A DNA stretch of 64,000 bases from Bacteroidota bacterium (GTDB taxonomy: Bacteria > Bacteroidota > Bacteroidia > Bacteroidales > UBA7960): positions 11,502-75,501 of the forward strand of contig JBBISA010000011.1 of NCBI GenBank assembly GCA_037441525.1. Direction: 5' to 3'. The notes beneath the pieces were generated by a model that saw only the letters and a program-made list of their open reading frames with translations, had not been told where the DNA came from and did not search any database. This document shows, in pieces, positions 49,636-59,611 of this stretch. Position numbers and translations under genes: made by a program. The stretch's first letter is position 1. Each line of letters begins with the position of its first letter.

Positions 49636-52600
49636 ATGAAGCGAATTATTTTAATGCTGCTTTGTCTGAGTTTCCCGTTCTCTCTTCTTGCCCAGGGCAA
49701 CCGGGTAATAACAGAGAAAAAAGAAGACGGGTGGAGGCTAAAGGTAAATGGGAAACCATTGATGGTAAATGGTATGAACTGGGACTATTTTCCCATTGGT
49801 ACCAACTTTAGCTACAGCTTGTGGAACGAACCCGACGATTTCATCAGAAAAGCACTGGATGATGAAATGACCCTGTTGCAAAACATGGGGGTAAATGCTA
49901 TTCGCGTTTATACCGGTATTCAACCCAAATGGATCACCTACATCTACCAAACCTATGGCATTTATACCATGCTCAACCATTCGTTTGGCCGATATGGGTT
50001 GACCCTGGATGGTACCTGGGTGGCTAATACCGAATATTCCGATCCCCGCACCATCAATCTTCTCATAAAAGAAGTAACTGAGCTGGCAGCCCAGTACAAA
50101 AATACCCCAGGACTGTTGCTCTATCTGCTTGGCAACGAAAACAACTACGGGCTTTTCTGGGGTGGTGCTGAAACCGAAGATATTCCAATGGCTGACCGTC
50201 AATCAACCATAAGAGCTCGTTACATGTACAAGCTCTTTAACAAGGCATCGCTGGCTATGAAAGCCATTGATCCCAACCACCCAATTGCCCTGTGTAATGG
50301 CGACCTTCTGTTTATGGATATCATTGCCGAGGAGTGCCCCGATGTGGATATTTTTGGGGTTAACGTGTACAGAGGAATGTCATTCACCGATATGTTTGAC
50401 CGCGTTAGGAACGAATATGGCAAACCCATACTGCTGACCGAGTTTGGCTCTGATGCGTTTAACGCTGTAAACATGGAGGAGGCCCAAAGAGAGCAGGCTG
50501 CTTACAATGTTGCCAACTGGAGAGAAATTTACGAAAATGCCTCCGGGTTCGGCAAAGCCCAAAACTCCATTGGCGGGTTTACATTCCAGTTTAGTGATGG
50601 ATGGTGGAAATTTGGCCAGACAAAAGACCTTGAGGTACATAATACCAACGCTTCATGGCAAAATGGCGGGTATGAATTTGATTACCGGCCTGGTCAGAAT
50701 AACATGAACGAAGAGTGGTTTGGTATATGCGCCAAGGGGCCAACTGATGTAATGGGATTTTATCAGTTGTTTCCCCGCGCCGCGTATTATGCGCTTAAAG
50801 AAGCGCACAAACTCGACCCTTATGCGCCAGGAACAACCCTGGAAACCATAAGACAACATTTTTCGGGAATTAAAACCGGCGATGCCTTTTTGAGGGCACG
50901 GGGCGACAGGGCATCCCTTGAAACCGAAAGAGGACGGCTGATCCGTTTAAGTCGGTTTTCAGCTGAGCTTTCCACCTTCAATACCGGCGGAAGCCTCATT
51001 AGCACTCCAAATGACCCGGTTCCCGGCGGCAATACCTATCCCAATCAATTAGGGTTCGACCACATGCAGTCATTTTATGTTGGCATTGAAGCAAATCCTG
51101 CCAGCAACTTCAGGGCAAATGTTGAATTTAACGTACTGGGCAATGTAGCCCAAAACCCTATCGACCAGATATTTTATGAAAACAGAGGCCACCCGGTGGA
51201 AGTAAGCTCCAGAAATGGAAATGTAAATCTGGAGTCGCTGAACAGAATACAGGTTTACCGGGCCAGCTACAAATGGGAACATAAGTGGTTCAATCTCGAT
51301 GGATTTTATCGCACCGGTCGCTATCACTGGGGTTATGAAGGTGATTTCTTTGGCCTTTATCCCGAAGCTAACTATGGCCCCAATATCGATATTTATAACG
51401 GAGTAGCACCTTTTGGCTTTGAGTTTGAAGGTAAACGCGAATTAAAAGACCTCAAAATTGCTTTTGGCCCCCAGTTGTGGTGGGGAGCAAACCCTGCACT
51501 GCTGATGAAATACACCAGAAACCTGGCTAATTTTAATATTACAGGTATTTATCATGAAGACCTTGACCAACTTGGGATGACCGAAAGCTCCTTTGCCATT
51601 CCTCAACCCCAAACAAGGCGGGTAACCCTGCATGTAAACAGGGAATTTGGCAAACTTGATATTGACATAGGAGGCATTTGGGCCGGCCAACCCTTGCAGG
51701 GGCGCGAGTTTCAGATTTTCAGGGAAGAGAATGGAGTACAGAATGTATATATAGATAAGATCAGACCCAAAGATAACTGGGGAGGAAAAATAAAACTAAC
51801 TTATATGGGTGGCCGTATAAACTGGTATGCACAGTCATCCTTAAAAGGTCTTGTAGCCCAGGGAGGAGCAGATCAAACCCTCACATTTACCGGTTGGCGT
51901 CTGAAAGATAGTGGAAGTGGAAACCAGATGAATTTTCTAACAGGGTTTGCCCTATTGATGGGCAACCTTCAGATTGCGCCTAATTTTCTGTGGCAAAAAC
52001 CTATCGAAGGGCCTGTTCCTTCTACTGCACCAGCTCCAGCCCGGCCACGAAACATTCTAACCGACCCATTTGTGGTAAGGGCCAACCGCGAGCAGGTTTC
52101 AGGCGAATTACTCCTTACCTACGATCCTACCCCCGGCACCTGGATGTATGATTGGGACAGCGACCGCTCAGAAGATGCCCGGCTGGCTGTGAGCATGGGT
52201 CTTGTTTACAGGCATTTACCCACCACTCTGGATGCAGCAATAGGCATTTTGCCTGATGGGCGCACCACATTTGCTTTCCCGGGCTCTCCACCGGCCAAAG
52301 ACCTATGGGAGGTTCATGCACGGGTGGTTTCCAAGTTCAGCAAACAAAACGGTTTTATTGCCAATATTTATGGTGGCGATGCCCAGGCCAATGGTTCTGA
52401 TCCGCGCAGCATCAGCCGCTTCGGCGCTGATGTGCTGATGCTTAACAGGAACCTGAGAGTAAATTCTTTTATTCGTATCAACGACTGGGGACCCTTCGAT
52501 TATCATCGCGACTTTAACCTTACTTTCCCACTGCAACTCATGGCCGATGTTTCGACCACCCTTGGAAGGCCTACCTGGATTGAGTTTAAGGAAACCCGTA

Positions 52601-52770
52601 TTGGTGTTAGGGCCACATATCGCACCCTTGACAGGTACTCTCCCCGCTACTCGCCCACCCAAATAGTTGATGGGAGCGGAGCTTTGGTTCCCGACCCAAT
52701 CGCCATTGGTTTCGACAAAGGCAATGAATGGGAGATCAGAACGTATATCTTAATCAACATTGGCAACTAA
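49636..52770 (+). CDS. Clan GH-A (GH2-TIM-barrel-like) glycosidase fused to a predicted outer-membrane beta-barrel
   Basis: Signal peptide. Residues ~25-400 carry MGVNAIRVY, LLGNENNY, FGVNVYRG, LLTEFG. Residues ~430-1044 are a run of amphipathic beta-strands ending WEIRTYILINIGN. Confidence 0.75.
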   Translation: MKRIILMLLCLSFPFSLLAQGNRVITEKKEDGWRLKVNGKPLMVNGMNWDYFPIGTNFSYSLWNEPDDFIRKALDDEMTLLQNMGVNAIRVYTGIQPKWITYIYQTYGIYTMLNHSFGRYGLTLDGTWVANTEYSDPRTINLLIKEVTELAAQYKNTPGLLLYLLGNENNYGLFWGGAETEDIPMADRQSTIRARYMYKLFNKASLAMKAIDPNHPIALCNGDLLFMDIIAEECPDVDIFGVNVYRGMSFTDMFDRVRNEYGKPILLTEFGSDAFNAVNMEEAQREQAAYNVANWREIYENASGFGKAQNSIGGFTFQFSDGWWKFGQTKDLEVHNTNASWQNGGYEFDYRPGQNNMNEEWFGICAKGPTDVMGFYQLFPRAAYYALKEAHKLDPYAPGTTLETIRQHFSGIKTGDAFLRARGDRASLETERGRLIRLSRFSAELSTFNTGGSLISTPNDPVPGGNTYPNQLGFDHMQSFYVGIEANPASNFRANVEFNVLGNVAQNPIDQIFYENRGHPVEVSSRNGNVNLESLNRIQVYRASYKWEHKWFNLDGFYRTGRYHWGYEGDFFGLYPEANYGPNIDIYNGVAPFGFEFEGKRELKDLKIAFGPQLWWGANPALLMKYTRNLANFNITGIYHEDLDQLGMTESSFAIPQPQTRRVTLHVNREFGKLDIDIGGIWAGQPLQGREFQIFREENGVQNVYIDKIRPKDNWGGKIKLTYMGGRINWYAQSSLKGLVAQGGADQTLTFTGWRLKDSGSGNQMNFLTGFALLMGNLQIAPNFLWQKPIEGPVPSTAPAPARPRNILTDPFVVRANREQVSGELLLTYDPTPGTWMYDWDSDRSEDARLAVSMGLVYRHLPTTLDAAIGILPDGRTTFAFPGSPPAKDLWEVHARVVSKFSKQNGFIANIYGGDAQANGSDPRSISRFGADVLMLNRNLRVNSFIRINDWGPFDYHRDFNLTFPLQLMADVSTTLGRPTWIEFKETRIGVRATYRTLDRYSPRYSPTQIVDGSGALVPDPIAIGFDKGNEWEIRTYILINIGN

Positions 52771-52782
52771 AACATTGAAAAG

Positions 52783-54648
52783 ATGAAAACAAATAAATTT
52801 ATCCGCTTCAGGCAACAAATTGGGGCATTGGCACTTCTAACCCTTTTCATTAGTTGCGAACGCGATATTACCGAACTGCAACTGGCAAAATTCCCCAATA
52901 ATCCCGAAGTTTTTATCGATGGATTCAGCGCCGGTTTAAATTATGCAGCCTTTGGGGGTTCAGTACCTACGGCTTTTGATGTCGACAATAACGTTACCTT
53001 CAACAACTCGGCCGCTTCAATGAGGTTTGAAGTGCCCGATGCCGGCGACCCCAGAGGTTCTTTTGCAGGCGGGGTATTCTTTACTAATGTACCACGCGAT
53101 CTGTCTTCCTTTAATGCCCTTACCTTCTGGGCAAAAGCCAGCCAGTCGGCTACAATTGGCGAAATTGGATTTGGCAACGACCTGGGTCAGAATAAATTCA
53201 TAGTATCTGCATCAGGGCTGACCATTGGCACAGGATGGAGAAAATATATTATCCCTATTCCTGATCCGGCCAGGCTGGTAGCTGAACGCGGGATGCTCTG
53301 GTATGCTGCCGGCAATATTGATGGTAAGGGTTTTACCTTCTGGATTGACGAAGTAAGATTTGAAAATCTGGGTACCATTGCACACCCACGCTTTACTATA
53401 CTCAATGGCCAGGAACAAACAGAAACATCTTTTATAGGTCTTTCAAGGGTTATTGCAGGCTTAACGGCTACATTCAATATGCCCAACGGCATCAATCAAT
53501 CCTTTACTATTTCACCATCATATTTCCAGTTTGGATCAACCAACCCTGCCATTGCCACTGTTAATCAATCAGGAAGGATTGAAGTAATCGGCGGCCCTGG
53601 CAATGCCCAGATTACTGCCCAGGTAGGCGATATTAGAGCAGTGGGTTCATTAACCATAAATTCTATCGGCGTTTTCCAAACCGCTCCAACCCCAACTCAG
53701 GCACCCGCAAGTGTGATTTCTCTTTTCAGCGAGCATTATACCAATGTGCCTGTTGATTATTACAATGGATACTGGGAGCCCTGGCAAACTACCCGGTCCG
53801 CCGATTTTCAGGTAGGTGCTGACAGGATATTGCACTACGTTGATTTTAACTTTGTGGGGGTTCAGTTTTCATCGCCAGTGATAAACGCAACTTCAATGAC
53901 CCACCTGCATGTTCATGTTTTCTTCCCTTTCACAGTGGCTGCCAATACGCAATTCAGAATTGAGCTAGTCAACCAGACCCCACAAATCACAGGGCTGTTT
54001 ACCACAACAATTACTCCGGCACAATCACAACAATGGATAAGTCTGGCTATTCCGTTGTCATCATTCTCAGGATTAACCAACAGAACTTCGCTATGGCAAT
54101 TGATTTTTGTTGATGTGAACGCTAATATCCCAAACTTCTATGCCGACAATATCTTTTTCTACAATGCTGGCGGCGGCACCCCAGTCAATACCGAACCAAC
54201 AACAGCGGCACCCGCACCTACACAGCCGGCAGCAAATGTTGCGGCCCTTTTCAGTGATGCCTACACTATGGTGCCCGGCACCAATTTTAATCCCGGATGG
54301 GGGCAGGCTACCGTTGTTACTGAAATTCAAATCCAGGGAAACAAAACCCTAAGGTATAAAGGACTCAATTATCAGGGAATTGAACTGGGATCAAGCCTGA
54401 ATGTATCTCAAATGGGATTTCTGCACCTGCATTTCTGGTCGGCCAACTCAACACAGCTTAAAGTTTTCCTCATTAGCCCCGGGCCGGTCGAAACTCCGGT
54501 TTCACTTACGGTGCCCACAAGCGGCTGGTCAAGCATCAACATTCCTTTGTCATCCTTTGCACCGGTAAACCTCAGCAATGTGTTTCAGCTAAAATTTGAA
54601 GGCAATGGTGATATTTTTCTTGACAATATTTATTTCTACAAAAATTAA
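52783..54648 (+). CDS. Surface glycan-binding lipoprotein (beta-sandwich + Ig-like + two repeated CBM-like modules)
   Basis: Lipobox FISC; LTFWAKAS..FWIDEVRF; repeats APTPTQAPASVISLFSEHYT and APAPTQPAANVAALFSDAYT, ending YADNIFFY and FLDNIYFY; no catalytic motif seen. Confidence 0.75.
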   Translation: MKTNKFIRFRQQIGALALLTLFISCERDITELQLAKFPNNPEVFIDGFSAGLNYAAFGGSVPTAFDVDNNVTFNNSAASMRFEVPDAGDPRGSFAGGVFFTNVPRDLSSFNALTFWAKASQSATIGEIGFGNDLGQNKFIVSASGLTIGTGWRKYIIPIPDPARLVAERGMLWYAAGNIDGKGFTFWIDEVRFENLGTIAHPRFTILNGQEQTETSFIGLSRVIAGLTATFNMPNGINQSFTISPSYFQFGSTNPAIATVNQSGRIEVIGGPGNAQITAQVGDIRAVGSLTINSIGVFQTAPTPTQAPASVISLFSEHYTNVPVDYYNGYWEPWQTTRSADFQVGADRILHYVDFNFVGVQFSSPVINATSMTHLHVHVFFPFTVAANTQFRIELVNQTPQITGLFTTTITPAQSQQWISLAIPLSSFSGLTNRTSLWQLIFVDVNANIPNFYADNIFFYNAGGGTPVNTEPTTAAPAPTQPAANVAALFSDAYTMVPGTNFNPGWGQATVVTEIQIQGNKTLRYKGLNYQGIELGSSLNVSQMGFLHLHFWSANSTQLKVFLISPGPVETPVSLTVPTSGWSSINIPLSSFAPVNLSNVFQLKFEGNGDIFLDNIYFYKN

Positions 54649-54687
54649 CATTGGCAAGGTTGTTTTTCAAACATTAAAAATAAACGT

Positions 54688-55521
54688 ATGAAAACCATAT
54701 ATAAAATAAAAAAAGTACACATCTCCATCATTTTAATAGTGATGCTGACAGCTTTTTCGGGATGTGAGCGCGATGATTTTCAGAAACTACCCAAACGCAA
54801 CTGGCAGTTGGTTTGGAGTGATGATTTTGATGGTGCTGCTGGTCGGCTGCCCGACCCTGCGAAATGGACCTTTGATATAGGTACCGGAGAAAATGGCTGG
54901 GGAAATCAGGAGCTGCAGAGCTACACCAACAACCCCGCAAATGTCGCACTCGATGGCAATGGGAACCTTGTTATTACGGCAATACAAAGCGGAAACCTGT
55001 TTACCTCGGCCCGTGTTAAAACACAAGGATTGTTTTCGCAAAAATATGGCCGGTTTGAAGCCAGGCTAAAAACACCCTACGGCCCCGGGTTATGGCCGGC
55101 ATTCTGGCTGCTGGGCGATAACATTGGTACTGTTGGATGGCCCCAATGTGGAGAAATCGATGTTATGGAACTTAGAGGGCAGGAACCCCATATTATTCAC
55201 GGTACTATTCATGGGCCCGGCTATTCGGGCAGCAATCCCATTTCAAAAAGCTTTACCCTTTTCAATAAGAGGTTCGACACTGATTATAATATTTTTGCCA
55301 TAGAATGGGACAAGGATAAGATCGATTTTTTTGTGAATGACTTCCTTTATCAGCGCATCAAAAATACCGATGTGCCCGGTGAATGGGTATTCGATCAGCC
55401 TTTTTTTATCATACTTAATGTGGCTGTTGGGGGCAACTATGTGGGTTTTCCTATTCCGCAAACCCCATTCCCGCAAAGAATGATCATCGATTATGTTCGG
55501 GTATATACTGAAGCCAAATAA
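54688..55521 (+). CDS. GH16 laminarinase, lipoprotein
   Basis: Lipobox FSGC; GWGNQELQ, FTSAR, GLWPAFW, EIDVME, LNVAVGG. Confidence 0.93.
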   Translation: MKTIYKIKKVHISIILIVMLTAFSGCERDDFQKLPKRNWQLVWSDDFDGAAGRLPDPAKWTFDIGTGENGWGNQELQSYTNNPANVALDGNGNLVITAIQSGNLFTSARVKTQGLFSQKYGRFEARLKTPYGPGLWPAFWLLGDNIGTVGWPQCGEIDVMELRGQEPHIIHGTIHGPGYSGSNPISKSFTLFNKRFDTDYNIFAIEWDKDKIDFFVNDFLYQRIKNTDVPGEWVFDQPFFIILNVAVGGNYVGFPIPQTPFPQRMIIDYVRVYTEAK

Positions 55522-55546
55522 TATCTGTTCCTAATGACAAAAAGTA

Positions 55547-57181
55547 ATGAACCAGAATATCAATCCCAAACACACACACCAGCATCAAAATCTTATGTTG
55601 CCGGTAGCTACACAAATACAGGACAAAATTTCCGAACAATACGGAGCACCGTATTCCCGGACTACAGGCCTAATTCATATCTTTGTTTCGTTGGTAATTA
55701 TAATCGTTGCAATGAGCAGTTGTTCAGACCCTGAAAAATGGGAAGCAGAAATTTATGAAACTTCAGAAAGTGGCAACAAACTCACCCTTTTAACCCAATT
55801 CTCTGTGGTTGAAGATAAAGTTGAAATTGCTATTTTGCCCGATAAAAAGTACCAGACCATTACTGGCATTGGAGGTTCATTTACCGAGGCTTCAGGATAC
55901 TTGCTCAACCAGCTAAGCCAGAAAAACCGCAACAAAATCCTTGATGCATATTTTGGAGAGTCGGGTGCACGCTACTCATTAACCCGCACCCATATAAACT
56001 CATGCGATTTTTCACTGGGAAATTATTCCTATGCACCTGTTGAAGGCGATAAGGAACTGAAGCATTTTTCCATTGCAGAAGATATGGACGATATAATCCC
56101 CATGATCAAAGATGCCATGGCTATTTCAAAGGATGGATTTAAGATCATATCATCGCCCTGGACTGCCCCACCCTGGATGAAAGACAACAACAGCTGGCGC
56201 GGCGGAAAACTTTTGCCGGCATATTATGACACCTGGGCAAAATTCTTCTCTAAGTACATAAATGCATACCGCGAACAGGGCATAGATATTTGGGCTTTTA
56301 CTGTTGAAAACGAACCACTTGGCAACGATAGCAACTGGGAAAGCATGCATTTTACGCCCCAAGAGATGAATGAATTTGTTAAGAATCATCTGGGGCCGCG
56401 CTTGAAAGCCGACGGTCATACCACCAAAATTCTGGGCTATGACCAGAACCGCGATGAGGAGATGATTGAATGGGTTGATGCCATGTATGATGACCAAGAA
56501 GCCGCCCAATACTACAATGGGATTGCAGTTCACTGGTACGCCAGCACCTTCAGTTATTTCCCCGATGCCTTACAGTATGCATACCGAAAAGCACCAGGTA
56601 AACATCTGATTCAATCGGAAGCATGTATTGATGCCGAAGTTCCAAAATGGCAGAATGACGCCTGGTATTGGTCGCAGGAAGCTACTGACTGGGGCTGGGA
56701 TTGGGCGCCTGCAGAAAAAAAACATCTCCATCCCAAATATGTGCCCGTGTTCAGATATGCAAACGATATTATCGGTTGCTTCAACAATTGGGTTGATGGC
56801 TGGGTAGACTGGAATATGGTACTCAACAGGCAGGGTGGCCCCAACTGGGCAAACAACTGGTGCATTGCCCCCGTAATTGTTGATCCTGAAGCCGATGAAG
56901 TCTATTTTACACCACTGTACTATACGCTGGCCCATTTTAGCCGATACATAAGGCCCGGAGCAATGAGAATCGGATTTAATAACCCTGATGAAAACCTGAA
57001 GCTAACAGCTGTTGAAAATCCCGACGGTAGCATAGCCGTTATAATCTTCAACCCCAACCAATCTGCAAAGGGTATTAAACTATCACTTAATGGCCAAGCC
57101 TTTGAATTTTCCATCGGCCAGAAATCACTTCAAACCATCGTAATTCATAAAACTAAAAAAGGGGTCAGGAATAATGCCTGA
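55547..57181 (+). CDS. GH30 (subfamily 1-like) beta-glucosidase/beta-1,6-glucanase
   Basis: GIGGSFTE, INSCDFS, SPWTAPPWMK, VENEP, AVHWY, QSEAC, WVDWNMVL, HFSRYIRPGA. Lipobox-like MSSC; start codon uncertain. Confidence 0.88.
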   Translation: MNQNINPKHTHQHQNLMLPVATQIQDKISEQYGAPYSRTTGLIHIFVSLVIIIVAMSSCSDPEKWEAEIYETSESGNKLTLLTQFSVVEDKVEIAILPDKKYQTITGIGGSFTEASGYLLNQLSQKNRNKILDAYFGESGARYSLTRTHINSCDFSLGNYSYAPVEGDKELKHFSIAEDMDDIIPMIKDAMAISKDGFKIISSPWTAPPWMKDNNSWRGGKLLPAYYDTWAKFFSKYINAYREQGIDIWAFTVENEPLGNDSNWESMHFTPQEMNEFVKNHLGPRLKADGHTTKILGYDQNRDEEMIEWVDAMYDDQEAAQYYNGIAVHWYASTFSYFPDALQYAYRKAPGKHLIQSEACIDAEVPKWQNDAWYWSQEATDWGWDWAPAEKKHLHPKYVPVFRYANDIIGCFNNWVDGWVDWNMVLNRQGGPNWANNWCIAPVIVDPEADEVYFTPLYYTLAHFSRYIRPGAMRIGFNNPDENLKLTAVENPDGSIAVIIFNPNQSAKGIKLSLNGQAFEFSIGQKSLQTIVIHKTKKGVRNNA

Positions 57182-57205
57182 TTCCCTTTTTGAAAAAAAA
57201 CGCCT

Positions 57206-58636
57206 ATGACAACCTATACAACACCCCTGAAGTACAAGATTCCCATCGGACAAAAAGCCGCCTTTGGTGCCGGAAACCTGGTAAACAACCTTTTACCCGG
57301 AGCACTGGGCGTTTTCTCCTTCTTTTTACTTACAGCCTACGGCATGAATCCTGTGCTGGCCGGCCTGCTGGGATCATTGCCCCGGTTTTTCGATGCCCTC
57401 ACCGACCCTATTATGGGGTACATTACCGATAATACTAAATCGCGGTTCGGACGCAGGCGACCCTATATATTTGCAGGGGCAATATTGAGCGGCATTTTAT
57501 TTGTTTTGTTATGGCAGCTCGATGCTGATAATTCGCAGGCATATAACTTCTGGTATTTTCTCATTGTATCGCTGATTTATATAATAGGAAACACCATATT
57601 TTCAGCTCCGCTCATAGGCCTGGGCTATGAAATGACTCCCGATTACAACGAGCGCACACGACTTATGGGTTTCTCGCAAACCATCGGGCAGTTTGCCTGG
57701 ATGATTGTTCCGTGGTTCTGGGTAATCATCGCCGATCCTGACCTGTTCGAAACACAGGCAGAGGGTGTTCGTAAACTTTCTGTAATTGTCGGTGCAGCCT
57801 GTATGCTCCTGGGTATCCTTCCTGCTATTTTCTGCCGTGAGGTTGACCAGGCAAATCTTACCAACCGCGATGAGCTCACATTGCGAAACATTGCCAAAAA
57901 CTTCAAAAGCCTTTTGAAGAATATGGTGCAGATTTTCAAAAACAAGCCCTTCTTAAGACTCTGCGGCGCCACATTCCTGGTGTTTAATGGTTATCAGATG
58001 GTGGCATCTTTCAGCTATTTTATCATTCTGTTCTATATGTTTAATGGCGACTATGGACTCACCGGAACCTGGCCTGCATGGTTCTCAACGGTTAGTGCGT
58101 TATGCACAGCTTTCCTGATTATACCCGTCATCACCAGAATGTCTAATAGCTGGGGCAAACGAAATGCATTTATAGTTGCAACTTTTATATCGATTGTGGG
58201 TTATGGTTTGAAATGGTGGGGATTTAACCCCGCTAATCCCTGGATGATCTTTATGCCGCTTCCTCTGATGGTGTTTGGTATCGGTGGCCTTTTCACCCTT
58301 ATGATGAGTATGACTGCCGATGTTTGCGACCTCGATGAGTTGAACAATGGCATGCCACGCAAAGAGGGTACCTTTGGCGCCATCTATTGGTGGATGGTCA
58401 AGCTTGGACAGGCCCTGGCCTTGTTCCTGGGGGGATTGGTCCTTGAACTGGTAGGGTTCGACCAAAATGCAACTGTTCAGACATTAGAAACCATTACCAA
58501 CCTGCGTATTGCCGATATACTGGTACCTTCAATGACTGCCGGGCTAGCTATCCTGGTAATGTGGCGATACGATATTACTGAGAAAAAGGCCAGGGAAATT
58601 AAGGATGAGTTGGTAAGAAGGCGTGGCGAACTTTAA
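57206..58636 (+). CDS. MFS GPH-type sugar transporter
   Basis: DALTDPIMGYITDNTKSRFGRRRPY, EMTPDYNERTR, MTADVCD..RKEG. Confidence 0.9.
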   Translation: MTTYTTPLKYKIPIGQKAAFGAGNLVNNLLPGALGVFSFFLLTAYGMNPVLAGLLGSLPRFFDALTDPIMGYITDNTKSRFGRRRPYIFAGAILSGILFVLLWQLDADNSQAYNFWYFLIVSLIYIIGNTIFSAPLIGLGYEMTPDYNERTRLMGFSQTIGQFAWMIVPWFWVIIADPDLFETQAEGVRKLSVIVGAACMLLGILPAIFCREVDQANLTNRDELTLRNIAKNFKSLLKNMVQIFKNKPFLRLCGATFLVFNGYQMVASFSYFIILFYMFNGDYGLTGTWPAWFSTVSALCTAFLIIPVITRMSNSWGKRNAFIVATFISIVGYGLKWWGFNPANPWMIFMPLPLMVFGIGGLFTLMMSMTADVCDLDELNNGMPRKEGTFGAIYWWMVKLGQALALFLGGLVLELVGFDQNATVQTLETITNLRIADILVPSMTAGLAILVMWRYDITEKKAREIKDELVRRRGEL

Positions 58637-58687
58637 CCCCATATTCAACACAAACAAAAGAATCAATAACCTTTAATAAACAGAAAA

Positions 58688-59611
58688 ATGTCATTCAGAC
58701 CCGACCACTTTTTAACCTTTAAAAGAACAGGGAAATCAGCAGAAATCCCTTTTATTGAAGGAAAATCTGCCGATGATTTAAAAAACCTGTTTCTTGAGAT
58801 ACTCTATGGCGGAATTCATGGTTTTTGCTTTAGCCTTTATGAAGACGGGCAAAAACCGGGCGATATTATCGCCGAAGGGCAAATCAGGCGAAGGATGGAA
58901 ATATTAAAACCTCACACCCAATGGATTCGCTCCTTTTCGTGCATCGAAGGCAATGAACTCATTCCCAAAGTTGCAAAGGAATCTGGCCTCAAGACCCTGG
59001 TAGGTGCTTGGCTGGGAAAAGATGAAGAAAAAAACCTGCAGGAGATCGAAAGCCTCATCAAACTGGCAAAGCAAGGCCTTGTAGATATCGCTGCCGTGGG
59101 CAACGAGGTACTTTACCGCAAAGACCTTACAAAAGAAGAGCTCAGGTATTTTATTCAATACGTTAAAAATGAAATACCTGGCATACCCGTTGGCTATGTT
59201 GATGCATATTATGAATTTGTTGACCACCCCGATATTTCTGACCTTTGCGATGTAATTTTAACTAACTGCTACCCCTTCTGGGAAGGCACCAGTTTTAAAT
59301 ATTCCCTGCGGCACATGCAGCACATGTATAATCAGGCACAAATGGCCGCTAAAGGCAAGCCTGTGTTAATTACTGAAACCGGCTGGCCAAGCAACGGCGA
59401 ATCGCTGGGTGAGGCCATTCCATCCCCTGAACTGGCCTTAAAGTATTTCATAAATACCCATTTATGGGCTATTGACGAAAACATTGGTGTATTCTATTTT
59501 TCATCATTCGATGAATCATGGAAGGTAGGTGCCGAAGGCGAAGTAGGAGCCTACTGGGGAATATGGGATAAGAATGAAAAACTAAAATTTATCAATGAAC
59601 ACATTTCTTAA
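58688..59611 (+). CDS. GH17 family glycosidase, no signal peptide
   Basis: FCFSLY, WIRSFS, GAWLG, AVGNE, NCYPFWE, ITETGWPS, FSSFDE.WK..YWG. Confidence 0.88.
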   Translation: MSFRPDHFLTFKRTGKSAEIPFIEGKSADDLKNLFLEILYGGIHGFCFSLYEDGQKPGDIIAEGQIRRRMEILKPHTQWIRSFSCIEGNELIPKVAKESGLKTLVGAWLGKDEEKNLQEIESLIKLAKQGLVDIAAVGNEVLYRKDLTKEELRYFIQYVKNEIPGIPVGYVDAYYEFVDHPDISDLCDVILTNCYPFWEGTSFKYSLRHMQHMYNQAQMAAKGKPVLITETGWPSNGESLGEAIPSPELALKYFINTHLWAIDENIGVFYFSSFDESWKVGAEGEVGAYWGIWDKNEKLKFINEHIS

